Assembly: GCA_903851385.1 (NCBI GenBank)
Contig: CAINOC010000036.1
Span: forward strand, 13,273 to 77,272
From: an uncultured Chlorobiaceae bacterium
GTDB taxonomy: Bacteria; Bacteroidota; Chlorobiia; Chlorobiales; Chlorobiaceae
Reading direction: 5' to 3'
Length of the DNA: 64,000 nt
Shown: piece by piece, positions 1 to 9,071 of the stretch
How positions within the stretch are numbered: position 1 is the stretch's first letter
Layout: the number at the start of each line of letters is the position of its first letter
The notes under the pieces: model-generated
Database searches by the model: none
What the model was told of the DNA's origin: nothing
Seen by the model: only the letters and a program-made list of their open reading frames with translations
Position numbers and translations under genes: made by a program

Positions 1-13
1 ACCAAGGGCAACT

Positions 14-133
14 GTAGGCAGTAGGCAAAAATGTAAGTTACAGCAAAATTCCAACTTCCACCACTATTGATATTACTGCTGACTGCCCCACTGGAAACTG
101 CTAACTATTTCCAGTCAGCACTCAGTCCTCAGT
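14..133. repeat. 7-nt-period degenerate repeat module (GTAGGCA x2; ACTGCYN-type units; CAGYMCT units)
   Basis: GTAGGCAGTAGGCA at 14-27; ACTGCTG-ACTGCCC-C-ACTGGAA-ACTGCTA-ACT at 75-106; CAGCACT-CAGTCCT-CAGT at 116-133. Confidence 0.7.
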
Positions 134-234
134 ACATAAAAAGCCTACGAGCCTCAATAGACACCAAAAGACAAAAAAATAATAACACCAAATCCCTATA
201 TTATCACTACAATCGGTGCATGCAGATTTGCGAC

Positions 235-283
235 ACTGCCCACAGCCTACTCAAGACTGCCAACTGATTTCAACCTCAGCACT
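235..283. repeat. 7-nt-period repeat arm abutting the first start codon
   Basis: ACTGCCC-ACAGCCT-ACTCAAG-ACTGCCA-ACTGATT in register at 235-269, then CTCAGCACT at 275-283 directly before ATG 284. Confidence 0.7.
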
Positions 284-820
284 ATGTTTAAAACTCTAGC
301 CATCTTCCTAACAATACAGTTCCTGTTGTTCGTTACCCCTGCGTCCTCATATTCAGCTGAACCAAGCAAATTACAGGATACTTCACCTAGCTTCAAAGGT
401 GTTATCGGTCCAAGCTACCCCCTGGTTCAGGACTCCTACTTCACCGATGACTTTGGCAACATTCTCATGACCATCAACGTTCTTGGTCAGGCCAACCATC
501 AAGGTCAGGTCATTGTACAGGAAGACGCCGACCTTGCTACCCTTATCACTACGGTAGGTGGTATAAGCCCCTATGCGAACCCGAAAAAAATCATAGTCAT
601 CCGCAAATATCCCGACCCGGATGGCACACAATTCTATAAAGTAAACCTTAAAAAATTCTTAAAAAACGGTGACCGTTCATCATTCGTTGTCCTTAAACCG
701 AACGACACAGTCATCATCCCCGAAGATAATGGGATCTCTCTGGCAACCATCTCCTCGGTAATATCTCTCTTCTCAAATGGAATCAGCACTTACTACATTT
801 TAAAGCAGCTCGGCAAGTAA
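284..820 (+). CDS. SLBB-domain polysaccharide export protein (short, Wza/OPX-like)
   Basis: Signal peptide; SLBB-like segment INVLGQANHQG...GGISPYAN...IIVIR...LKPNDTVIIP; C-terminal hydrophobic helix; directly upstream of wzc. Confidence 0.75.
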   Translation: MFKTLAIFLTIQFLLFVTPASSYSAEPSKLQDTSPSFKGVIGPSYPLVQDSYFTDDFGNILMTINVLGQANHQGQVIVQEDADLATLITTVGGISPYANPKKIIVIRKYPDPDGTQFYKVNLKKFLKNGDRSSFVVLKPNDTVIIPEDNGISLATISSVISLFSNGISTYYILKQLGK

Positions 821-848
821 CAGGGTAAAACAAACCACGTAGACCATC

Positions 849-3269
849 ATGCCCGATACCCAGACCTCTGGTACCGACAAAAAACTGAATAAGGCCTCTA
901 AACCTACTCTCAATAAGGGCCACCTGCAGCCAAACATTCAGGAGTACTTCGTTGAGCCCATCAAGGAACTCGACATTGAAGAAGTTCTCAATGTCATCAA
1001 CCGTCGCAAATTCGGCATCGTTTTTTTTCTAATCATTTCCGTCGCTGTCGCTTGGCTTTTACATAAGGCCGAAGTTCCCGACTATTATGCGGAATCTATA
1101 ATTCTGATAGACAATCCATTCGGAAATAACCCCGTTGATGCAGCCCTTGGCACCACAGGTGAGTCCGATGCCAAAGCGGTTAAAAAAGACGTAGAGCTTT
1201 TAACCTCAATGCCCATTACCCAGATCGCCGTTCGCGAACTCCTTAAAACCACTAAACGCGACTCGCTCGAATTCTTCGGTAAAAGACAATACCGATCATC
1301 GCTCGACGACATCCTTATTTTGATGTCACCCTTTTCTGACAAACGGTCAGCGCAAACCATTAACCTCAATGGACCTCTATATCCCGATCAATTTATTCGG
1401 ATAATGGCTATGAAGTTCAGCAATCGTATAAAGGTTGACCCGGTGCGCGAAACCAGTCTCATCAAAGTCTCCGTTCGAAGCCCTTTTCAGGATGAAGCCG
1501 TCTATCTGACCAACACCCTGTGCGCGGCTTACAAAAACGCTGACATTTCACGTAAGTCTGAAAAATACAAGCAGTCAAGCGCATTTATTGCAGAAATGCT
1601 CCAAAACCAGCAGAAATTCGTTGCCCAAACCGATAGTCTCCTATCCAGATATATGGAGACCAACAAAATGTATGAGAATTCTGGCAATGTTGGCCAACTT
1701 CTCTCAAAAGTCACCGAAATCGATTCCAAAGTTAACGACCTCAAGACAGAAAGCCGTATAACTCAAAACAGCCTTGACTTTCTCCAGTCAAAACTCTCTG
1801 AGGCCGACCGGATCCTCAGTACACGCATAGCCAAAACCGTAAACGCCAAGCTCTCTGCCATTCTCGAGGATATTAAAGATCAGCAAAAACAATACGTAAA
1901 GCTTATTGCCGAAAAAGGTATCGATGACGCCGATACCAGAAACAAAAAGCAGCAGCTCGATGCCGCACAAGCCCGTTATGAAAACTTGAGCCGCAGCCAG
2001 ATAGCAGGCGAAATCAACTACACTGGACGCACAAAAAAATACAGCTTTGACCTCATCGCCGAAAAACTCGAGACAGAGCGGAAATTCAATCTCCTCAATA
2101 ACAGTGCCATTGAATACGAAAAGCTTAAAAACAGCTACGAAGCCAAGGTCAACCTTCTTCCTAAAAAGCAGCAGGACTACGCCAAACTTCAGCGCGACCG
2201 AGACGTGGCAGGTAAAACCTACACATTCCTCAAAGAAAAGCTTGATGAAAGTCGTATCCTGCTTGGTTCGGAGGTTGGTAACGTCTCCATCATCGGCAGC
2301 GCTTTTCGCCCTTTTTTCCCGGCAAATTCCAGTCCACTTAAAAATCTGCTTATCGGTCTGCTTGTTGGCGGACTGCTCGCATTCATCTACACTCTACTTA
2401 GTGAATATCTGGACGACAGTATTCAGGACGCAACCTTTTTAAAAAACCAGGGCTTCACCATTCTTACACAAATTCCTTTCGTTACAGACATTTACAATGG
2501 TTCGAAGGCAATCACTGATACAAACACAAAAAATGCAGATAATCCCGGCACTGATACATTTTCTTCTGTTCCTTTAATCACGGACCGCCTTTCCTCCTGG
2601 TATGCCGAAAGCTTTCGTACCCTTCGAACCGCCATCAGTTACTACAGCATAGACAACCCCTTACATTCTATTATTATCACAGGTGTTTCAGCCGCCGAAG
2701 GCAAATCCTCCGTTTGTGCAAACCTTGGTATAGCCCTTGCCCTCAATGGCCGAAGAACTATCATTATTGACTGCGATCTCCGCCTTGCATCCCAGCATAA
2801 AATCTTTAAAATAAAACGGGAGAATGGTCTCAGCGACTACCTCTATTCCGACCTTAAAATTATCGATGACAGTTATATTAAGCCTACCCATGTCACGAAC
2901 CTGAGTGTTATTACAGCGGGTAAAAAAATTCCAAATCCCAACGAGTTCCTCTCATCACAAAAAATGCAGGAGCTTATCTTACATCTTGAGACAAAATTTG
3001 ATATAGTCCTTATTGATAGCCCTCCGCTTTTCCTCAGCGACGCAGCCCAGCTAGCCCAAACCGTCGATGGCATACTGATCACTTCAAGGGTGAACTACAC
3101 TCCACGCAAACCTATTAAAGATCTTGCTGATGACCATTTAATCTCCTCAAATATCATTGGAGTTGCTCTTATTGGCTCCCCCAAGAATACCTATGGCTAT
3201 GGCTACGGCAAATACAGTCAACACAAATATGGTTATGGCAATAGGGGCAGTTATTATGGAAAAGAATAA
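849..3269 (+). CDS. wzc: Polysaccharide co-polymerase / BY-type tyrosine kinase (Wzc/GumC family)
   Basis: Two TM helices flanking a coiled-coil region; Walker A EGKSS, A' IIIDCDLR, B VLIDSPP; Tyr-rich tail YGYGYGKY...YGYG...YY. Confidence 0.93.
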   Translation: MPDTQTSGTDKKLNKASKPTLNKGHLQPNIQEYFVEPIKELDIEEVLNVINRRKFGIVFFLIISVAVAWLLHKAEVPDYYAESIILIDNPFGNNPVDAALGTTGESDAKAVKKDVELLTSMPITQIAVRELLKTTKRDSLEFFGKRQYRSSLDDILILMSPFSDKRSAQTINLNGPLYPDQFIRIMAMKFSNRIKVDPVRETSLIKVSVRSPFQDEAVYLTNTLCAAYKNADISRKSEKYKQSSAFIAEMLQNQQKFVAQTDSLLSRYMETNKMYENSGNVGQLLSKVTEIDSKVNDLKTESRITQNSLDFLQSKLSEADRILSTRIAKTVNAKLSAILEDIKDQQKQYVKLIAEKGIDDADTRNKKQQLDAAQARYENLSRSQIAGEINYTGRTKKYSFDLIAEKLETERKFNLLNNSAIEYEKLKNSYEAKVNLLPKKQQDYAKLQRDRDVAGKTYTFLKEKLDESRILLGSEVGNVSIIGSAFRPFFPANSSPLKNLLIGLLVGGLLAFIYTLLSEYLDDSIQDATFLKNQGFTILTQIPFVTDIYNGSKAITDTNTKNADNPGTDTFSSVPLITDRLSSWYAESFRTLRTAISYYSIDNPLHSIIITGVSAAEGKSSVCANLGIALALNGRRTIIIDCDLRLASQHKIFKIKRENGLSDYLYSDLKIIDDSYIKPTHVTNLSVITAGKKIPNPNEFLSSQKMQELILHLETKFDIVLIDSPPLFLSDAAQLAQTVDGILITSRVNYTPRKPIKDLADDHLISSNIIGVALIGSPKNTYGYGYGKYSQHKYGYGNRGSYYGKE

Positions 3270-5226
3270 TTTCCTAAAAAGTATAAAGAGTCTGCTTCAA
3301 GGCCAAAAGAAGGTTTTGGCGTTTTTTTTTGACATTACGGCATCTCTATTCAGTGTCTGGGTGGCCATCTCGTTCCGGTACGATTGTGTTCGTCTTCCTG
3401 AACGTCAAGAGTGGATAGTCTACCTTCTCGCCCCTTTACTTATGTTGCCAATTTTTATTACCAAAGGTCTTTACCGTGCAATCTACCGCTATCATGGTCT
3501 TGACGCTTTCATCACCATCCTGAAAGCAGTATTTATTTATGCTTTTTGTTTGATTGTGGTGCTTTTATTTCTCCATATCCCAGGTATTCCCCGATCGATT
3601 GTCTTCCTGCAGCCAATCATTATTCTCCTTATAACATTATTCAGCAGGGCTTGTATTGGCTACTGGTTTTCGTTAAAGAACAACAAAAGAAATAACAAAA
3701 ATATCACCTCACCCCCTGAACAAGTATTAATCTATGGGGCCTGTTTATCAGGCGTACAGCTGCAAAATGTCATCTCCAGCCACCCCAATTTCGACTTTGC
3801 CGGCTTCATTGACGATGACACCTCTCTCTCTGGCCGCACAATCAACGGTCACATGGTCTATAGCCCAAGCGAAGCGTTGCCGCTCATTCAACGCCATAAC
3901 ATCAAAAATATTTTTCTGGCCAGTCCCAGAATTACTCGTTTTAGAAGGCTGGAGATTGTCGAATACTTTAAGAACTATCACGTAAATCTTCGCTTCCTGC
4001 CAAACATTAAGGACCTCACCGAAGGCAAAGTCACCTTCTCCGAAATTAAAAAAATAGATATTGAAGACCTCCTTGGCCGCGACACTATGCCACTCAGCGA
4101 CCCGTTAACGATAAACACCATAAGCGGCAAAGTCATTATGGTAACCGGTGCAGGGGGTAGTATTGGGAGTGAACTTTCCCTGCAGATTCTTGCCCTCCAA
4201 CCCACCAAACTGCTTCTTGTTGATAATGCCGAATACAGCCTCTTTAATCTCCACAACCGCCTGATTGAGTTAAAGGTTAAAAATAATTTTAGCACACTCA
4301 TCGTACCACTCCTTGCTGACATTACAAATGAGGATCACATCTCGAATATCATTCGCATCTACCAGCCATCTATCATTTACCATGCTGCAGCCTACAAGCA
4401 TGTCCCGATGGTTGAATACAATATTTCTGAAGGTGTCCGCAACAACGTTCTCGGCACCCTCAGTATTGCCAAAGCCGTTCGTCAGCATAGAACACCAGCC
4501 CTGATACTAGTTAGCAGCGATAAAGCAGTCCGTCCAACTAACGTCATGGGCGCCAGCAAGCGCCTCTGCGAACTCATACTCCAAGCATTCTCCGCTGAAC
4601 CAGGAAACACAACCAGCATAAGTATGGTTCGATTCGGGAACGTTCTCGGCAGCAGTGGTTCCGTCGTTCCACTCTTTCGTACTCAAATCAGCCATGGAGG
4701 ACCAATCACCATTACCCATAAAGAGATTACTCGTTACTTCATGACTATCCCCGAAGCAGCCCAGCTCGTTATCCATGCTGGCAGCATGGGCAATGGAGGT
4801 GATGTCTACCTGCTTGATATGGGCGAACCTGTTAAAATCATCGACTTGGCCCATCGTATGGTCACTCTCTCAGGTCTTTCGGTTCGCGACCAAAACACAC
4901 CAGACGGTGATATCGAAATTAAAGTCATTGGCCTGCGTCCCGGCGAAAAACTCTACGAAGAACTGCTTATAGGCAACAATCCGTCTCCCACAGCCCACCC
5001 CCGAATCTTTAAGGCTAACGACCACTTCATACCCTGGTCTATACTTGAGCCAGAACTCAACAACCTTATGCACTACATCAAAACCGACAACATAAAAGGC
5101 ATAAAGCAAATACTGAAAAAACTTATTCCCGAATACAAACCTAGCCTTGCCATTACCGACCACTTACAAAGCGAAGCCGAAAGCACAACTAAAAAAATAC
5201 CCATAACCCCCCACCAGAAAAACTAG
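3256..5226 (+). CDS. Membrane-anchored UDP-GlcNAc 4,6-dehydratase (CapD/PglF/WbpM family)
   Basis: 4 N-terminal TM helices; TGAGGSIGSEL, HAAAYKHVP, SSDKAV, VRFGNVLGSSGSV, GLRPGEKLYEEL. ATG 3256 preferred over the ORF-track start, which lies inside wzc. Confidence 0.93.
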   Translation: MEKNNFLKSIKSLLQGQKKVLAFFFDITASLFSVWVAISFRYDCVRLPERQEWIVYLLAPLLMLPIFITKGLYRAIYRYHGLDAFITILKAVFIYAFCLIVVLLFLHIPGIPRSIVFLQPIIILLITLFSRACIGYWFSLKNNKRNNKNITSPPEQVLIYGACLSGVQLQNVISSHPNFDFAGFIDDDTSLSGRTINGHMVYSPSEALPLIQRHNIKNIFLASPRITRFRRLEIVEYFKNYHVNLRFLPNIKDLTEGKVTFSEIKKIDIEDLLGRDTMPLSDPLTINTISGKVIMVTGAGGSIGSELSLQILALQPTKLLLVDNAEYSLFNLHNRLIELKVKNNFSTLIVPLLADITNEDHISNIIRIYQPSIIYHAAAYKHVPMVEYNISEGVRNNVLGTLSIAKAVRQHRTPALILVSSDKAVRPTNVMGASKRLCELILQAFSAEPGNTTSISMVRFGNVLGSSGSVVPLFRTQISHGGPITITHKEITRYFMTIPEAAQLVIHAGSMGNGGDVYLLDMGEPVKIIDLAHRMVTLSGLSVRDQNTPDGDIEIKVIGLRPGEKLYEELLIGNNPSPTAHPRIFKANDHFIPWSILEPELNNLMHYIKTDNIKGIKQILKKLIPEYKPSLAITDHLQSEAESTTKKIPITPHQKN

Positions 5227-5238
5227 AAAGAAAGTAAA

Positions 5239-5495
5239 GTGCTGAGTATCGAGTGAACAGCCAAGAGAGTAATCAGTCAGCAGTAGGCAGTCTTAATTAC
5301 ACGCTGTCATCAATCTCTGCACTCATCACTAAGAAAGTTGCCAACTGCCAACTTTTCTTCATTTCACTCATCACACATCGCCTTACGTAGGCTGGGGTGA
5401 TTCCTGAACCCCAACAAAACAAAAGTTATCTCTCTTGATTTCAGAAATGATCGCGAACTGCCGACTGTCATTTCTCTTGTTTTCAACTGCCAACT
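5239..5495. repeat. 7-nt-period repeat module with nested complementary arms
   Basis: Purine-rich arms GTGCTGAGT...GAGTGA (5239-5256) and CAGTCAG-CAGTAGG-CAGT (5274-5291); roughly complementary arms CACTCATCAC (5320-5329, 5365-5374), TGCCAAC x2 (5339-5352), ACTGCCG-ACTGTCA (5457-5470), AACTGCCAACT (5485-5495). Confidence 0.75.
5387..5415 (+). repeat. GTAG-family REP-like palindrome
   Basis: GTAG followed by the hairpin GCTGGGGT-gattcctga-ACCCCAAC (7 of 8 stem pairs). Confidence 0.55.
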
Positions 5496-5506
5496 ATCTT
5501 TCTTCC

Positions 5507-7288
5507 ATGATTTTCCCTCTCCTCTTCCGTCTCTGGTTCCATATGTCAAAAAGGCGTAGAAAGCAAATATTCCTTCTCTTGATCTTAATGTTCGCAGCCT
5601 CATTCGCCGAAATCCTAAGCATAGGAGCCGTCCTCCCATTTCTCGCAGTCCTTACAAACCCCGACCGCATATTCCAGCTTCCATCAGCAAAACCATTCAT
5701 CAACCTTATAGGAATCACCTTTTCAAGTCAGCTCTTGCTCCCGCTCACCATCGGGTTTGGAGTAGCCGCCTTCATATCCGGAGCAATGCGTCTCCTCCTC
5801 CTCTGGGCCAGCACACGCATCTCCTATGCAACAGGGGCTGACCTCAGTATCAGCATCTACCGCCGAACTCTCTACCAGCCTTATTCAATACATGTATCCC
5901 GCAACAGCAGTGAAGTTATAAACGGTATCTCAGGTAAAGCGAGTAGCGTCATTGGGGCAATAATATTGCCATCTTTGACGATCATCAGTTCGGCCATTAT
6001 GTTAATTGTAATCCTAATGGCTCTGGTGTCAATAGATCCGGTAATCGCTTTGGTGGCTTTTGGAGGATTTGGCTTGATATACGCCATCATTATCCGCCTT
6101 ACCCGAGGCAGGATGTTAATTAATAGTCAAAGCATTGCCCGTGAATCAACACAGCTCATCAAATCATTACAGGAAGGGTTGGGTGGTATACGCGATGTTC
6201 TTATTGACGGCTGCCAGACAGTATATTGCGAAATCTACCGCAACGCAGATCTCCCTTTGCGCCGGGCCCAGGGCAATAGCAATTTTATCAGTCAAAGTCC
6301 ACGCTTTGGCATCGAAGCTCTCGGAATGATGCTCATCGCAGCCTTGGCATATCTCCTTGCCCACCAGCCCGATGGAGTAGCTAAAGCGATTCCGGTTCTT
6401 GGGGCTCTGGCCCTTGGCGCTCAGCGTTTGTTACCAGTACTCCAGGGCTCGTATGCGTCATGGTCCAGCATTCAAAGCGGACAAGTCTCTTTGAAAGACA
6501 CCCTCGAACTGCTCGACCAACCACTACCCGAATATGTCGACCAGCCACCCGCGAAACCCATCCCATTTCACCAGCAACTCACCCTTAAACAACTCTCATT
6601 TCGCTATACGCCCCAAACGCCATGGGTACTCAAGAACCTTGATCTTACAATTAAAAAGGGCAGTCGTATTGGCTTCATAGGTCTTACCGGCAGCGGTAAA
6701 AGCACCCTGCTCGATGTCATTATGGGATTGCTCCAGCCAAACGAGGGAACCGTTGAAATCGATAATCAAATAATCACAATACACAATACCCGCCAGTGGC
6801 AGGCCCATATCGCTCATGTACCCCAAGCCATCTTTTTAGCCGACAGCACCATCCAGGAAAACATAGCCTTTGGAGTACCAATAAATAAAATTGACCTGAC
6901 CCTCGTAAAACAAGCCGCTGAGAAGGCTCAAATTGCAGATATCATCGAAACCTGGCCCAAAAAATACAACACCTTCGTAGGCGAACGCGGCATCCGCCTC
7001 TCCGGCGGTCAACGCCAACGCATAGGTATAGCAAGGGCCCTTTACAAACAAGCCGACGTAATAATCTTCGACGAAGCCACCAGCGCCCTTGATAATAAAA
7101 CCGAAGCAGCAGTAATGCAATCCATAGAATCTCTAGGCAAAGACCTGACCCTACTGATCATAGCACATAGATTAACCACCCTGCAGAATTGTGATCAGAT
7201 AATAGAATTAGCTAACGGAGGGATAAAACGAATAGGAACATATCAAGAAATAGTTGGAGAGCAAAACATTATCACCAGCGACTCTTAG
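5507..7288 (+). CDS. ABC-type lipid-linked oligosaccharide flippase (PglK/WlaB/HepA-like TMD-NBD half transporter)
   Basis: Multi-TM N-half; Walker A GLTGSGKST, signature LSGGQRQR, Walker B IIFDEATSALD, H-loop IIAHRL. Confidence 0.9.
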   Translation: MIFPLLFRLWFHMSKRRRKQIFLLLILMFAASFAEILSIGAVLPFLAVLTNPDRIFQLPSAKPFINLIGITFSSQLLLPLTIGFGVAAFISGAMRLLLLWASTRISYATGADLSISIYRRTLYQPYSIHVSRNSSEVINGISGKASSVIGAIILPSLTIISSAIMLIVILMALVSIDPVIALVAFGGFGLIYAIIIRLTRGRMLINSQSIARESTQLIKSLQEGLGGIRDVLIDGCQTVYCEIYRNADLPLRRAQGNSNFISQSPRFGIEALGMMLIAALAYLLAHQPDGVAKAIPVLGALALGAQRLLPVLQGSYASWSSIQSGQVSLKDTLELLDQPLPEYVDQPPAKPIPFHQQLTLKQLSFRYTPQTPWVLKNLDLTIKKGSRIGFIGLTGSGKSTLLDVIMGLLQPNEGTVEIDNQIITIHNTRQWQAHIAHVPQAIFLADSTIQENIAFGVPINKIDLTLVKQAAEKAQIADIIETWPKKYNTFVGERGIRLSGGQRQRIGIARALYKQADVIIFDEATSALDNKTEAAVMQSIESLGKDLTLLIIAHRLTTLQNCDQIIELANGGIKRIGTYQEIVGEQNIITSDS

Positions 7289-7321
7289 CATTTTGAATAT
7301 CCACCCAATTTTTTAATCAGT

Positions 7322-8029
7322 ATGTTTTTAAATAATCACCCGGTTTTTGCGCTTGTGCCAGCTCGAGGAGGATCAAAAGGGATCCCAAGAAAAAATATGT
7401 CCGATTTACAGGGTAGTCCTTTAATTGCATACACATTACGAGCCGCGTTTGCAGCAAAAATGATTGATAATGTTTGGGTCTCTTCAGATGATACGGAGAT
7501 TTTATCATTTGCACTGTCATTAGGTGCCCTTGTTATTGAAAGACCTTCAGAATTTGCCACTGATGATGCCTCGGCGGTTGATGTTGTAATGCATTTTCTA
7601 TCGGCACTTCCAAATAATCTTCGCACTCAAGATCCATTAATTGTTTATTTACAGCCAACATCTCCACTGCGTACAGCAAAACATATTGATAGTGCACTAG
7701 AGTTACTCATTGATAAGATGGAGAGTTGCTTGGTAAGTGTAGTCGCCTTGAGTAAATCGCTTTACAAATCATTCGGATTGGATTCCAATGGAAAGTTACA
7801 ATCTCTTTTTGATGAGAGGCTGTCAAATGAACGACGTCAGGATTTACCACTAATGTATATCCCAAATGGGGCAATCTATATATTTAAGGCTTCTGATTTT
7901 GACAAACGTAATGGGTTTCCATCGAATGGAAGTATTCCATTTATTATGCCTGAGCTTGAAAGTATAGATATTGATACTCCTGAAGACTTTGTAAAAGTTG
8001 AAAAACTATTAAAAGAAAATCATGGGTGA
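7322..8029 (+). CDS. neuA: Acylneuraminate cytidylyltransferase (CMP-sialic acid synthetase)
   Basis: PARGGSKGIPRKN, LQPTSPLR, NGAIY, SIDIDTPEDF; first gene of the neuABC run. Confidence 0.92.
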   Translation: MFLNNHPVFALVPARGGSKGIPRKNMSDLQGSPLIAYTLRAAFAAKMIDNVWVSSDDTEILSFALSLGALVIERPSEFATDDASAVDVVMHFLSALPNNLRTQDPLIVYLQPTSPLRTAKHIDSALELLIDKMESCLVSVVALSKSLYKSFGLDSNGKLQSLFDERLSNERRQDLPLMYIPNGAIYIFKASDFDKRNGFPSNGSIPFIMPELESIDIDTPEDFVKVEKLLKENHG

Positions 8030-9071
8030 ATTTAGTATTGCGGGAAGGCTAATTGGCGACCAACATCCCCCTTTAGTAATTGCCGAAATCGGAATAAATC
8101 ATGAGGGTAGTCTAAATACTGCCATTATGATGGCGGATGCTGCCATTGATGCTGGAGCTGAGATAATAAAGCACCAGACGCATGTTGTGGATGATGAGAT
8201 GTCAGAAGAAGCAAAATTTGTTATTCCTGCTAATTCAGATGTTTCGATATATGAAATAATGTCGCGATGCTCACTGTCGGAGACTGACGAATATAAGCTG
8301 ATGCTACATATTCAGTCTCGCGGTGCAATATTTCTTAGTACGCCATTTTCCCGAGCTGCAGCTGATCGGCTCTTACGTTTTAATGTGCCTGCATATAAAA
8401 TAGGATCAGGTGAGTGCAATAATTATCCCTTGTTAAAGCATATCGCTAGGTTTGGTAAGCCCATTATTCTTAGTACAGGCATGAATTCGATAAGCACTAT
8501 TCGACCATCTGTTGAAATATTTCGTTCGGCCGGAGTACCGTTTGCTCTTTTACACTGCACTAACATCTACCCGACTCCTCCTGAACTTGTCCGTCTCGGT
8601 GCGATGCAACAGCTTAAAGCAGAGTTTCCTGATGCGGTTGTTGGTCTTTCAGATCACACAATCTCAAATCATGCTTGCTTCGGGGCTGTGGCCTTAGGTG
8701 CTTCAATCATAGAGCGACATTTCACCGATAGAATGGATCGGCTAGGGCCTGATATTGTTTGCTCTATGGACCCACTGTCCCTAACAGATCTTATTCAAGG
8801 TTCGCAAGTGATTTTCAGTGCCCGTGGTGGTGAAAAAACTTCTTTAATCGAAGAGGCACCAACGAAAGCTTTTGCATTTACATCTGTAGTCGCGACGAAA
8901 AATATTGAAGCAGGGGAGCTTCTTAGTCAAGATAATATATGGGTGCGTCGGCCAAGTGGTGGAGATTTTTCGGCTGTAAATTTCGAATTTTTATTAGGCC
9001 AAAAGGTTATTCAGGCTTTATCTAGTGGCGAGCGTCTTACTAAAGAACATTTATCGAAAAGCGATGATTGA
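8022..9071 (+). CDS. neuB: N-acetylneuraminate synthase
   Basis: IAEIGINHEGS, KHQTH, STPFSRAAA, KIGSGECNNYPL, HCTNIYPTP, GLSDHT, ERHFTDRMDR.GPD, C-terminal SAF/AFP domain; closely resembles the Neisseria SiaC/Campylobacter NeuB1 type (from recall). Confidence 0.93.
   Translation: MGEFSIAGRLIGDQHPPLVIAEIGINHEGSLNTAIMMADAAIDAGAEIIKHQTHVVDDEMSEEAKFVIPANSDVSIYEIMSRCSLSETDEYKLMLHIQSRGAIFLSTPFSRAAADRLLRFNVPAYKIGSGECNNYPLLKHIARFGKPIILSTGMNSISTIRPSVEIFRSAGVPFALLHCTNIYPTPPELVRLGAMQQLKAEFPDAVVGLSDHTISNHACFGAVALGASIIERHFTDRMDRLGPDIVCSMDPLSLTDLIQGSQVIFSARGGEKTSLIEEAPTKAFAFTSVVATKNIEAGELLSQDNIWVRRPSGGDFSAVNFEFLLGQKVIQALSSGERLTKEHLSKSDD

Noticed and set aside
67-267. 66-aa ORF upstream of the wza-like gene (also 5364-5639 on the - strand)
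   Set aside because: These are translations of the repeat modules with no protein-like features.
3322-3330. T9 tracts (also 28182-28190; T8 at 1021-1028) as phase-variation switches
   Set aside because: They are in frame, encode Phe runs in membrane segments, and are unremarkable in T-rich genes.
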